Shown piece by piece: positions 9,760 through 19,415 of a DNA stretch of 64,000 bases (position 1 is the first letter of the stretch; every line of letters begins with the position of its first letter). The notes beneath the pieces are model-generated. The model saw only the letters and a program-made list of their open reading frames with translations. It was not told where the DNA came from and did no database searches. Position numbers and translations under genes: made by a program. The stretch is from Candidatus Enterousia sp. (GTDB lineage Bacteria; Pseudomonadota; Alphaproteobacteria; Rs-D84). The stretch is from the NCBI GenBank assembly GCA_045587125.1, contig JAZNBN010000023.1, positions 879-64,878 on the forward strand. Reading direction: 5' to 3'.

Positions 9760-10467
9760 ATGATACGAACTATTATATTTAAAATCGCACTGGGTACATA
9801 TTTTACACTGTGGACACCATTGTTGTTAATTGGCCTGATTTCTAAAAAATTGTCTCGCAAATTTGTATTTGCAGATGCAGCCGGTGTTTTGTTATTGGCA
9901 CGATTTATCACAGGTATAAAATATACCGTGCATTATCCCGCAACCGAAGAAAACGGTATTCCTGTTATGCCGGACAGCAATCAACGTCTGGACGGCAAAG
10001 CAATTATTGCATCTAAACACATGTCTATATTGGAAATCGCAGTTATATCCAAAGTCATGCCAAAAACATTTTTTATAATGAAACGTGAATTATTATGGAT
10101 TCCAATTTATGGATGGGCATTTGCACGTGCAGGCATGGTTGGTGTAAACCGTGGTCGTGGTAAAACGAATATGAAAAAATTAGCCGAAACGGTTGAACAA
10201 CGTGTATTAGATGGTTATACATTGGTAATATTCCCCGAAGGCACACGGGCGAAACCTGGACAAAAAATCCCGTTAAAACGCGGATTGTTACTGTTGGCAC
10301 ACACATTAAAATTACCTATTTTACCGGTTGGCACAGACGCAGGTCTGTATTGGCCTAAAAAAGGCCGCATGCATTCGGGCATGGCAAATGTATGGTTTGA
10401 ACCACTGTTGCCATGTAATGCATCATTGGATGAAATCAGTGAAGCTATTAACCGGCACAGTGCATAA
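9760..10467 (+). CDS. plsC: 1-acyl-sn-glycerol-3-phosphate acyltransferase
   Basis: SKHMSILE (NHxSxxD variant), MKREL, IFPEGTR; start moved to ATG 9760 after AAGGA. Confidence 0.85.
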   Translation: MIRTIIFKIALGTYFTLWTPLLLIGLISKKLSRKFVFADAAGVLLLARFITGIKYTVHYPATEENGIPVMPDSNQRLDGKAIIASKHMSILEIAVISKVMPKTFFIMKRELLWIPIYGWAFARAGMVGVNRGRGKTNMKKLAETVEQRVLDGYTLVIFPEGTRAKPGQKIPLKRGLLLLAHTLKLPILPVGTDAGLYWPKKGRMHSGMANVWFEPLLPCNASLDEISEAINRHSA

Positions 10468-10490
10468 AAAATCCCCATTCGGGGATTTTT
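10467..10490. terminator. Bidirectional intrinsic terminator
   Basis: AAAAATCCCC-ATTC-GGGGATTTTT between convergent genes. Confidence 0.8.
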
Positions 10491-10917
10491 ATTCACACCA
10501 ACTATGCCGTCTGCCACCATTATACGAACGGGCCAGACCACGATTTATCATAATATTGCCAACATTTCTGCCATCTTTTAACACTACATTTGCATCAATA
10601 CGACCTAAATATTTATCATCTTTAACAGAATCCAATTCAACCTTGGTACCCTGTGGCAAAATATTTGATAACGTATCTTTGGCCAGATGTGCCTTGTCGA
10701 TTTCCGATTTACACTTGCCATGAATTTCCGGCGTATCAATATTCAATATACGTACACGCACAGGAACAGAAATATCATCATCAAACAAAACAGTCGCACC
10801 AAACGTATCCCCATCAATAACATAATCAACCACCGCCGGCACAGCATATGCCCCATCCCCAATTATCAGCATACAAACTATACTGAACCTACGAAACCAT
10901 TTGTTTGCATTGACCAT
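10489..10917 (-). CDS. Thermonuclease (SNase-like) family protein
   Basis: VIDGDTF, VRILNIDTPE, DKYLGRI, GLARSY; start uncertain because it overlaps the upstream gene. Confidence 0.85.
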   Translation of the reverse strand: MVNANKWFRRFSIVCMLIIGDGAYAVPAVVDYVIDGDTFGATVLFDDDISVPVRVRILNIDTPEIHGKCKSEIDKAHLAKDTLSNILPQGTKVELDSVKDDKYLGRIDANVVLKDGRNVGNIMINRGLARSYNGGRRHSWCE

Positions 10918-12689
10918 AATTTTTTATACACCCCATTTTTACGTAACAACTGTTTATGCGAGCCACTTTCTACAATTTTACCTTTATCCATGACGATAAT
11001 TATATCCATATTGCGAAGTGTTGACAACCTGTGTGCAATCGCCAAAGTCGTTTTATTTTTCATAACCTTTTGTAATGCAGATTGTATCATCATTTCATTT
11101 TCTGAATCCAGTGCAGATGTCGCTTCGTCCAGAATTAAAATTGGTGCATTTTTCAATAACGCCCGTGCAATCGCAATACGTTGACGCTGGCCCCCGGATA
11201 ATTTAATTCCCCGATTACCAACCAACGTGTCATACCCATCAGACTGCTTCATAATAAAATCATGAATATTCGCTTTTTTAGCAGCCTGCACAACCTCTGC
11301 CTTAGTTGCCCCAGGTCTTGCATATCTGATATTTTCCAATAATGTACGATTAAACAACGCTGTTTCTTGCGGGACCAATGCAATATTTTGACGTAAACTG
11401 TTTTGCTTAACATCACGAATATCCACCCCGCCTATTTTTATACATCCATCGTTAACATCGTACAAACGCAATAATAAATTCACCAACGTTGTTTTACCGG
11501 CCCCAGACAACCCAACAACCCCAACGCGTTGTCCGTTTTTGATACACAGATTAAAGTGTTTCAAAACATTTTTTGCACCATAACCAAACATAACGTTATC
11601 AAATTCAATATCCGCATTGCCTATTTTCATTTGTTTGGTCAAAGGTATATCTGTAACACTGCGTTCTACAATTAATTCATCCCACGCCAAACGGGCCTTT
11701 GCACGTGTTTCAAAATACCCAATTATTACTCTATTCATTCTTACAAAAACATTCGTAACAGATGTCGCAGATGCCCAAACGAACGCAGCCGACGCAACCG
11801 TCATTTGCCCATCACGGATTTGCACAAAACACATCCACAGTATCAAAGCCCTAAGTGCCACCCAAACCAAACTAAACGGCATCCAACGCCATCTATCCAA
11901 ATAATGGTTTTGTCGTTCCAGTTTTATAACAGGCGCCCGTAAATTCCATATATACTTGTTTTCCAAATGTTCTGTTCCAAAATAACGTGCAGTCATTATA
12001 TTATCAATACTGTCGGTCTGAACACCACTTATCTCTGACATCAATTTAGTTTTTTCTTTTAAAAGTACATTTATTTTCTTTTGTACATAAAATTGCCAAA
12101 TTGTACGCAATATTCCATTTCCCAGAATAATAACAACAAACCATACATTCATTGAAAACAGAACCCCAACAACACACAACAGTCCCAAAATATTACCAAT
12201 TAACGTCGCCCAAAAATCCCACGTCAAAGCAGAAAAATTACCTGTTATTTCTTTTCCCATAGAAACAACATATCCCGCAGATTTTTTTACAAAAAAATCA
12301 GTATCGTTATTATATAACCTGTTGTATAAAATAAACAGTTTATACCTGTTTACAATCTGGGCATATTTACCTAACAAAAAAGACCGCACAAAAGTTATCG
12401 CATTTTGAATTAAATACATCCCTACAATACCAAACAATATTAACACTACACTTTTAATATCTATGGTTAATGCATTTTCCAAAATATAAAACATCCACTG
12501 TGATGTTAACGGCATCACAATCAATCCCACACCGTCATACAACAAAGTAAAAATAAACATTGCACCGATATAAACCGGAAATTTTTTAATAACCAACCAA
12601 TAAAAAGACGTCAAACTTTTCGGGAATGTCTTTGGTATTGCTTTATCACATTTATTCACACGTTTTTTATGTGTTACGATTCGAAACAT
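10878..12689 (-). CDS. ABC transporter, fused permease/ATPase (MsbA/Atm1-like exporter)
   Basis: N-terminal TM domain; GLSGAGKTT, LSGGQRQR, ILDEATSALD, IAHRLST. Confidence 0.9.
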   Translation of the reverse strand: MFRIVTHKKRVNKCDKAIPKTFPKSLTSFYWLVIKKFPVYIGAMFIFTLLYDGVGLIVMPLTSQWMFYILENALTIDIKSVVLILFGIVGMYLIQNAITFVRSFLLGKYAQIVNRYKLFILYNRLYNNDTDFFVKKSAGYVVSMGKEITGNFSALTWDFWATLIGNILGLLCVVGVLFSMNVWFVVIILGNGILRTIWQFYVQKKINVLLKEKTKLMSEISGVQTDSIDNIMTARYFGTEHLENKYIWNLRAPVIKLERQNHYLDRWRWMPFSLVWVALRALILWMCFVQIRDGQMTVASAAFVWASATSVTNVFVRMNRVIIGYFETRAKARLAWDELIVERSVTDIPLTKQMKIGNADIEFDNVMFGYGAKNVLKHFNLCIKNGQRVGVVGLSGAGKTTLVNLLLRLYDVNDGCIKIGGVDIRDVKQNSLRQNIALVPQETALFNRTLLENIRYARPGATKAEVVQAAKKANIHDFIMKQSDGYDTLVGNRGIKLSGGQRQRIAIARALLKNAPILILDEATSALDSENEMMIQSALQKVMKNKTTLAIAHRLSTLRNMDIIIVMDKGKIVESGSHKQLLRKNGVYKKLWSMQTNGFVGSV

Positions 12690-12868
12690 AAATCCCCCTT
12701 TTTTGTGTTCATCGTGCAATATATACTGATTTCAAACACTTATTTCAACACAAAATTGACAAAAATTGACAAAAAGTTCGCTTGACTTTTCCATTTTTTG
12801 TTTTATACTGATTGTATCAAAATCAAAGATAAAAATAAATTCTATTCTCCTAACCTTTCTTTGAAATG

Positions 12869-12894
12869 AAAAATCGCCCATCGGGCGATTTTTT
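12869..12894 (-). terminator. Intrinsic terminator of tolB
   Basis: AAAAATCGCCC-ATC-GGGCGATTTTTT. Confidence 0.75.
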
Positions 12895-14212
12895 ACGGTA
12901 ATCTGGGTGACCATGTTGGTTCTACCCCATTTATATTATCGGGCAATTCAATATCATAAACATTTTGTCCGGTAATATCTATACTGCGAATATGACTGAT
13001 GCGTTCCAATCCATCTGAATCCGGTTCTGTTTCATAATATACCAATCTGCGTGACCCAGGTGCCCATGACGGTGCCTCCATAAACCAACCACCCGCCAAT
13101 ATTTTTTCATTTTTACCACGTGGATTCATAACCCCGATATAAAATGTATCATTTGCCATCTTGGTAAATGCAATATATTTCCCATCAGGCGACCATGCAG
13201 GTGTCGCGTATTTTCCGACCCCATACGTTATACGTTCTTCTTTACCGGTTTCTAAATCCATGACATGAATTTGCTGACGGCCTGTTCTGTCTGAATTAAA
13301 CGCCAACTTTTTACCATCTGGGGAATAAGAAGGACTGGTATTAATAGAATTTCCAAATGTCAATTGACGTAATTTCTTAGATTCAATGTCATATTCATAC
13401 AGGTGTGTTATCCCATTTTTAACCAAAGACAATGCAACACGTGATCCGTCTGGTGAAAACCGTGGTGCAAAACTCATACCGCCAAATTGCCCCAGTCTGC
13501 GTTGTTCACCTGTATCTAAATCAAGTGTCCAAACCATAGGGTCATCATTATAATAAGACAAAAATACAATCGTCTGCATATTTGGTGAAAAATGAGGCGA
13601 CATTACAAAAGTATCTTCATCAGATAAAAACCGCATACCATGACCATCTTGGTCCATAATTGCCATACGTTTTACACGCTTTTTAACAGGCCCTGTTTCT
13701 GCAATAAATACAATTTGTGTATCAAAATAACCAACCTCACCCGTTAATCTTTCATAAATTGCATCTGCCATAATATGTGCCAATCTGCGCACAGATTTAC
13801 GCGATGCGACCAAAGCCTGGGCTTCTATTTGTTCTTTGGAATCGATATCCCATACAAAAAATTCTAATTTATAACTATCATTTGGTGCATTAGACAATTT
13901 TGCCTGAACCAAGATTTGTGTTTTTATTGCCTGCCATAATGTAAAGTTTGGCACATCATACATTTTAACATATTCTGGCAACGCGTCATGACTTACGATA
14001 CGAAACAGTCCCGAACTTTTTAAGTCATTTTCAACAACACTGCGAATTAACGCTGCATCTTTATTTGACACACCATCAGATGTTTCAAATTTCAACACAG
14101 CAATAGAAATGGGGTCCGCCGCACCTGCAACAATATCAACTTTCAATTCCGCACGTGCAGGCAATACAAACAAAGCAGATGCAATCACAAATGCAAATAT
14201 CTTGTTTAACAT
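12893..14212 (-). CDS. tolB: Tol-Pal system beta-propeller protein TolB
   Basis: DLKSSGLF, AHIMADAIYERLTGEVGYFDTQI, repeated P.(F/W/Y)SPDG units. Confidence 0.95.
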   Translation of the reverse strand: MLNKIFAFVIASALFVLPARAELKVDIVAGAADPISIAVLKFETSDGVSNKDAALIRSVVENDLKSSGLFRIVSHDALPEYVKMYDVPNFTLWQAIKTQILVQAKLSNAPNDSYKLEFFVWDIDSKEQIEAQALVASRKSVRRLAHIMADAIYERLTGEVGYFDTQIVFIAETGPVKKRVKRMAIMDQDGHGMRFLSDEDTFVMSPHFSPNMQTIVFLSYYNDDPMVWTLDLDTGEQRRLGQFGGMSFAPRFSPDGSRVALSLVKNGITHLYEYDIESKKLRQLTFGNSINTSPSYSPDGKKLAFNSDRTGRQQIHVMDLETGKEERITYGVGKYATPAWSPDGKYIAFTKMANDTFYIGVMNPRGKNEKILAGGWFMEAPSWAPGSRRLVYYETEPDSDGLERISHIRSIDITGQNVYDIELPDNINGVEPTWSPRLP

Positions 14213-14328
14213 AATATAAATCCTTTCCGTTATTTTCAGGTAATTTTATATTCAATATAAAAAAAAAGCAAGCAACACAACCGTCCACACCAATGTCAAC
14301 ATAACCGCCATCACAACCGTAAATATAT

Positions 14329-14361
14329 TTGTATTGACAATTGTAAATACAATGGTATAGT
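14329..14361 (+). promoter_or_regulatory. Sigma70-type promoter overlapped by a 24-bp palindromic operator
   Basis: TTGACA (14334-39), 16 nt, then TATAGT (14356-61) with an extended TG; TTGTATTGACAA|TTGTAAATACAA palindrome with one mismatch. Confidence 0.7.
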
Positions 14362-14406
14362 GCATTGTAAAGACTATGGTATTGCAGTAAGTATAGGAGT
14401 TTGCAT

Positions 14407-14631
14407 ATGCCAAATGTAATGCAACAATTATTTGTAATGAATATAGAGTCTTTGTTACGTGAATATGCCGCGTACAAGGCCTTTAACAAATCGGATTGCG
14501 TCATAAATATGCGCATCCCCCGCCCTGTTCTGGATAAAATAAAAGAACTGGCGGATTCACAGCACGTTCCATACCAATCATTAATATCATCCGTACTGTT
14601 CTCGCTGGCGAATGTCGAAGAAACAAAATAA
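14407..14631 (+). CDS. Small ribbon-helix-helix (CopG/antitoxin-like) protein
   Basis: VINMRIPRPVLDKIKELADSQHVPYQSLISSVL fits the RHH pattern; start codon uncertain (14407, 14419 or 14437). Confidence 0.65.
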   Translation: MPNVMQQLFVMNIESLLREYAAYKAFNKSDCVINMRIPRPVLDKIKELADSQHVPYQSLISSVLFSLANVEETK

Positions 14632-14649
14632 CAAACAAAGGGTACGACA

Positions 14650-15600
14650 ATGGATAAAAAAACAAACTTTGAAGCATTCCAAACATTAAATCGGACCCGA
14701 CAAACAATCCCCCTGCCCGACACACAATTGGAACTGTTCCAAATGGCACCCACAGTACCCCAAACAGAAAAATCAGATTATTGGTTTTATTCTGACCTGC
14801 ATAATTTATTCGGCGAAACCATTTTTCCATCACAACCCAGCATGCAACTGCACGCATACAACCGCATAATTATGCCATATGAAATCTTTCCGAAACAAAA
14901 CCCAGAATACACATACGCACAAAAAGCACAATTTTACGACGATCATATTGGTAAAATAAATCGCGCATATAAACTGGGATACCAAGTATTCCACAATGCA
15001 CGCGACATACAATTATCAAGATACGCATGTTGGTGTTTTACCAATCAAAGACCCCACATGATATTTGCACGCACATATTTCTTAAGCCCCACCATAAAAG
15101 AAAATATGACATTCGAAGAAATTATAAAAATTTCAAACTATTTCCAACGCATATATTGGCGCAATAAACTGTCTGAAAAAGAATCCAGATTATCCGGAAT
15201 AATAAAAAGCCTTAACGGAAACTTTCGTGATTTCTATCATCAAACATCACCATATTTATATGGCGGACTGTCTGGTTCAGACATAAAAAACAAACTGGGG
15301 TTTTATATATCAGAAAACGAAACATTACTGGATTACATGGGATTATACACATTAATCGCACGCACCAACGCCATCGGTCGCGCAATAGACACATACAACC
15401 ACCAGTCAAACAAATCACTACAAACATTACAAATGTTGTTACGCCACGAATTAATATCAGAACGTAATAAAATGATACAAAATACAAATCGTGCACCCGA
15501 ACAAGAATTTTCAGAAACACATGCACAAAAATTAAAACAACAATTGGAAAAAATTGAAAAACAATTTGCACAAAAGTACGCTTGCCAAACAATCAGATAA
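14650..15600 (+). CDS. DinD-like (DNA-damage-inducible protein D) protein
   Basis: DIQLSRYAC...ARTYF, R...RNKLSE, LYGGL...DIK, LLDYMG occur in the order of DinD motifs recalled from memory; divergent. Confidence 0.65.
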   Translation: MDKKTNFEAFQTLNRTRQTIPLPDTQLELFQMAPTVPQTEKSDYWFYSDLHNLFGETIFPSQPSMQLHAYNRIIMPYEIFPKQNPEYTYAQKAQFYDDHIGKINRAYKLGYQVFHNARDIQLSRYACWCFTNQRPHMIFARTYFLSPTIKENMTFEEIIKISNYFQRIYWRNKLSEKESRLSGIIKSLNGNFRDFYHQTSPYLYGGLSGSDIKNKLGFYISENETLLDYMGLYTLIARTNAIGRAIDTYNHQSNKSLQTLQMLLRHELISERNKMIQNTNRAPEQEFSETHAQKLKQQLEKIEKQFAQKYACQTIR

Positions 15601-15620
15601 AAAATATGAACAATAAAAAT

Positions 15621-15652
15621 AAAAAAAATGCGACCAAACGGTCGCATTTTTT
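15621..15652. terminator. Bidirectional intrinsic terminator
   Basis: AAAAAAAATGCGACC-AAAC-GGTCGCATTTTTT. Confidence 0.8.
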
Positions 15653-15664
15653 AATCTTTTGATT

Positions 15665-16015
15665 TTACCATGCTGTCAATTGAGCTGCACAATCCAAAGA
15701 CCCGCTTGGACCGGCCGCACTGATCAAGAATCCAAGTACCGCACCAATACTGAACAACAATACGAAACCAACCAGCACACCAATACCCTTATCTTTTACC
15801 TCTTCAATTTTAACATCGCCAGCTTTGATAAAGCCCCACGCCCACTGTGCGATATAAAATCCAGCACCAATAAATGCCAATGTACGCAATGTTTTCAATA
15901 GTCCGCCCAATTTTGTGATCAATTCACACAAACCTTCGTTTGCAGCCATCGCAGGCGCAACAGACGCCATAATTCCAACAATTGCGAAATTTACTTTGTT
16001 CATAATTTTTTTCAT
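15665..16015 (-). CDS. Small membrane protein, TrbC/VirB2 pilin-like
   Basis: Long signal peptide ending PAMA followed by two hydrophobic helices, as in VirB2 propilins. Confidence 0.55.
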   Translation of the reverse strand: MKKIMNKVNFAIVGIMASVAPAMAANEGLCELITKLGGLLKTLRTLAFIGAGFYIAQWAWGFIKAGDVKIEEVKDKGIGVLVGFVLLFSIGAVLGFLISAAGPSGSLDCAAQLTAW

Positions 16016-16108
16016 ATAAAACCCCTTTCTTTTTTAAGATTTTATCATAAAAAACAAACTATTTCAATAATATTACAAATAAAAAACGTCCCAAACGGGA
16101 CATTTTTT

Positions 16109-16438
16109 TTATTTTATGAAAACATAAGTTTTCTTTGCAGCCTTTTTACAACCACTTTCCAATGTCGCAACAGATTTCAAGACCTGACGTTCTGTACGTG
16201 CAACCTGACCCATGTTATCACGATAGTACAAATCACGACATTTTGTGTTGCGATATACAATTTCTTTATCTATATCCAATGTACGAATTTCATCAGAATA
16301 ATGATCGCCACGTTCAAAAGATGTAAATATACAATCTTTTTCATCTTGAACATAACGAACATCGCCACGATAGTATTCATAAGAAGAACAACCAGCAACC
16401 AACACAAAACCAAACAATGCAATCAAAGTCTTTTTCAT
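16109..16438 (-). CDS. Hypothetical lipoprotein
   Basis: MKK-hydrophobic-VAGC lipobox. Confidence 0.75.
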   Translation of the reverse strand: MKKTLIALFGFVLVAGCSSYEYYRGDVRYVQDEKDCIFTSFERGDHYSDEIRTLDIDKEIVYRNTKCRDLYYRDNMGQVARTERQVLKSVATLESGCKKAAKKTYVFIK

Positions 16439-16595
16439 TTTACACCCCTGGGTATAATTTAAGTTTAATCCCTATCACACTCCCGATTTAAATGGATTGT
16501 TGCACAAATAGACCACATGTCAAGTTTTTCAAATAAAAAATCCATATTTAACCTCAAAATATGCTATAATCAAAAACAACCAAGGGGAATTTTTT

Positions 16596-17537
16596 ATGAA
16601 ATACGCTAATCTAGGTCTGGTAAACACCAATCAAATGTTCGCAAACGCTTTGGCTGGCAACTATGCGATACCTGCATTTAATTTTTATAATATGGAAACT
16701 TTGGGCGCCATATTGGACGCAGCACGCATAACACACAGCCCTGTTATATTAGCAGTATCAGAATCTGCCATGAAATACATGACCCCAGAAACATTAATCG
16801 GACTGATAAAATCTGCAAACATTAGTCCCAAAGACAATATCGCCCTGCATCTGGACCATGGTTCCAGTGTGGACGCATGCAAACACGCAATTAAACTTGG
16901 TTTTTCATCTGTCATGATTGATGCCAGCGCAAAGCCATTTGCCGAAAACATAGAACTTACCAAACAGGTTGTTGATTTCGCACACAAACACAACGTATCT
17001 GTTGAATCAGAACTGGGGACACTGGGCGGCATAGAAGACGAAAACACTTTTGGCACAATAAATTATACAAACCCAGATGACGTAGAAAAATTCGTACACG
17101 AAACAAATATTGATTCACTGGCCATCGCCATTGGAACCAGTCATGGCGCATACAAAAGAAAACGTGAAAACGAAGATTTGCGCTTTGATATATTGGCAGA
17201 TATCGCTCTCAGATTACCTAAATTCCCATTGGTATTACATGGCGCATCAAATATCCCACAAAAACTATTAACCATAATAAACGAATATGGCGGAAAAATT
17301 TCTGGTGCATTGGGAATTTCTGAAATACAACTGCGTCGTGCAACAAAAATGAACGTATGCAAAATAAACGTAGACAGCGACCTGCGCTTGGCCTTTACCG
17401 CAGCGGTCCGCAAATCATTATTTGAAAAACCAGAAAACTTTAACCCACGTGAATTTTTAACCAACGCCCGTCAAATGATGACCCAAACATGCATTGACGA
17501 AATAAGAACAATCATGGGTTCAGAAAACAAAAAATAA
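16596..17537 (+). CDS. fba: Class II fructose-bisphosphate aldolase
   Basis: YAIPAFN, ALHLDHG, SVMIDAS, VESELG, AIGTSHGAYK, PLVLHGAS, KINVDSD. Confidence 0.95.
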   Translation: MKYANLGLVNTNQMFANALAGNYAIPAFNFYNMETLGAILDAARITHSPVILAVSESAMKYMTPETLIGLIKSANISPKDNIALHLDHGSSVDACKHAIKLGFSSVMIDASAKPFAENIELTKQVVDFAHKHNVSVESELGTLGGIEDENTFGTINYTNPDDVEKFVHETNIDSLAIAIGTSHGAYKRKRENEDLRFDILADIALRLPKFPLVLHGASNIPQKLLTIINEYGGKISGALGISEIQLRRATKMNVCKINVDSDLRLAFTAAVRKSLFEKPENFNPREFLTNARQMMTQTCIDEIRTIMGSENKK

Positions 17538-17643
17538 AAAATAAATTAGAATGATTTAGATACACGCAGCGCCGGCAACGTAGTGTACAAGTGTTACATA
17601 AGTTGCCGGTACCGTGTGTAGATGAATTATTATAATTTATTTT
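17538..17643 (+). repeat. ~106-bp structured palindromic element, type A (GCCGGCAAC stem)
   Basis: AAAATAAATTAGAATGATTTAGAT-stem-CGTAGTGTACAA..TTACAT(A/G)AG-stem'-GATGAATTATTATAATTTATTTT; fills the gap between two convergent stop codons. Confidence 0.9.
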
Positions 17644-19237
17644 ATTCAACCAATTTCCAACCGGTAAACGTATACCCTGGTTTAACTGGGTCGGACGGCA
17701 ATGTAACCGCACCGTCATAGTAGCACATATTCTGGATATGCGCGCCACCATTATCCGGATTCCAATCAATATTGATTGTGTTTGAATTACAGTATGATGC
17801 TGTTACAGGTTTATCTAAATAGGCAAAACTGTAATCATCACCAAATGCAACACCGCTTAAAATCGTATCACTTCCAAATAAATCACTACCTCCGTCCAAC
17901 GCCCAGAAATTTGTAACCCATGGCGAATTTGTTTCAACAAAATTCAATGAAGAAAACATTGCTTTGATAAGTGCTCCCATTTTTTCTTGGTCTGAAACAT
18001 CGTCATTATTATATATAGAAATTAACGATAACATTTCTGGACTTATACTATCAACATGATTATATGAGGCAACCTCTGTAAAAATAATATTAAATAATTC
18101 TGACTTCAAATCTTGTTCACTATTTATTTCTCCATTTTTTGTGCGTTTCATTACCTCTATAACCTTATTCACATTCTTAGTGGATAAATTTTTACGCAAT
18201 TCCTGTTCAGCCTGTGAAACAAAAGCATCAGCATCATCTGCTTTCAACATACTATATATCTCGGAAACATCTTCTAAATAATTCAATAAAATTTTCGCAT
18301 CTTGACTATAAATATTCTCATCAGATTCCATAAATTTCATTAACAATTCAGTAGCAGGCGTGGGCATACCAATCTTGACTAACCTTAGCCATTTATTATC
18401 CCCAGTAATCGTTCTTTGAAAATCTGCATTTGGCAAATATTTTGGATAAACGGTTACAGTTTGCTGATCTGGATGTGGATATCCATCACCCGTCAATACC
18501 CCAGGCGTATTTTCATCATATGAATTTATTGACATTTCAAACAAATACCTCCCCGCATACAAAGCCTGACCAGGTTCAAGCAATTCACAATCATTAAAAC
18601 CATTATCAAACATCCCAAAAAAACCATTCCATTCTTGTCCATGCAATGAACACTCTAAACTCATGTAGATCTCAAATTCTGACGCAGCAGCAACAGGTTC
18701 AAAAGCAACACTTTCTTTACTATACCCCGTGTCGCACCCAAAATCTGCGATTGGACAAACACTTGGGTATGCATTACAGGTGCCGCCAGCAAACTGTTTG
18801 CCGGTGGTTTTGAATTCACTGTGCGTGCAATTATTGGAATGTGGTGGACATTCTACGTTTTTACTGCACGCCAATTCGCATCCCATATAACATTCGTTTT
18901 CACCCACTGCACCCGCGTCTGATGTATAATCTGTTGGACATGTGTTTACACCGTTGTTTTCAGATTCAACAGTAAATTTACCACCCGGACAATATGACCC
19001 AACCGGACATTCGGTACATTTTAATGTTCCATCTGAATTTAATAAATATTGACCGGCACCGCATTCATATTCATTTAACGTCCATGTTGCGATTGTATTT
19101 GCAGTCGCATCGTTTTCGAACACACCAAGCACATCAACCGTACACGTGCCCGCACCGCCGGTAATTATCCCATCCGCAGCGAACACAGGCGACATTAAAC
19201 CCATTACCAACATTGACGATAAAAAATATTTTTTCAT
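17642..19237 (-). CDS. Cys-rich variable surface protein, paralog 1, with C-terminal InlB-B/Flg_new-like repeat
   Basis: Signal peptide; CPVGSYCPGG motifs; C-terminal TLPSDPVKPGYTFTGW; N- and C-termini shared with 38452-39756. Confidence 0.85.
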   Translation of the reverse strand: MKKYFLSSMLVMGLMSPVFAADGIITGGAGTCTVDVLGVFENDATANTIATWTLNEYECGAGQYLLNSDGTLKCTECPVGSYCPGGKFTVESENNGVNTCPTDYTSDAGAVGENECYMGCELACSKNVECPPHSNNCTHSEFKTTGKQFAGGTCNAYPSVCPIADFGCDTGYSKESVAFEPVAAASEFEIYMSLECSLHGQEWNGFFGMFDNGFNDCELLEPGQALYAGRYLFEMSINSYDENTPGVLTGDGYPHPDQQTVTVYPKYLPNADFQRTITGDNKWLRLVKIGMPTPATELLMKFMESDENIYSQDAKILLNYLEDVSEIYSMLKADDADAFVSQAEQELRKNLSTKNVNKVIEVMKRTKNGEINSEQDLKSELFNIIFTEVASYNHVDSISPEMLSLISIYNNDDVSDQEKMGALIKAMFSSLNFVETNSPWVTNFWALDGGSDLFGSDTILSGVAFGDDYSFAYLDKPVTASYCNSNTINIDWNPDNGGAHIQNMCYYDGAVTLPSDPVKPGYTFTGWKLVE

Positions 19238-19257
19238 ATCTCTTGCCCTTTCGTTTA

Positions 19258-19305
19258 TAAAAAATAATCACCTTAATGGCACGACATGCCATTAAGGTGA
19301 TTATT
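19258..19305 (-). terminator. Attenuator-type intrinsic terminator in the 5' leader of paralog 1
   Basis: Perfect 19-bp stem AATAATCACCTTAATGGCA-(5 nt)-TGCCATTAAGGTGATTATT, followed by a U-run on the minus strand about 25 nt before the ATG. Confidence 0.85.
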
Positions 19306-19328
19306 CATAAACGCAAACTGCGTTTGCG

Positions 19329-19388
19329 TTAAAATTTGTTTTTAACTCTCTCTCTCTCTCTCTCTAGATTTCTGCGGAATTTTGCCAT
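19329..19388 (-). CDS. Putative leader peptide MAKFRRNLERERERVKNKF containing (AG)10
   Basis: GAAGGA RBS then ATG at 19388; conserved with 39924-39968; too short for the ORF track. Confidence 0.7.
   Translation of the reverse strand: MAKFRRNLERERERVKNKF
19346..19365. repeat. (CT)10 dinucleotide microsatellite
   Basis: Read directly from the sequence. Confidence 0.95.
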
Positions 19389-19415
19389 TTTTCCTTCACT
19401 TTTCTTGTTATACGA

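Noticed and set aside
14136-14857. Minus-strand ORFs 14136-14753 and 14501-14857
   Set aside because: They overlap the better-supported plus-strand promoter, RHH and DinD-like genes and have no recognisable motifs.
19346-19365. (CT)n acting by frameshifting the surface gene or changing promoter spacing
   Set aside because: The tract is over 100 bp upstream of the gene's ATG, all three leader frames stop before the gene, and the tract lies downstream of the putative -10 element.
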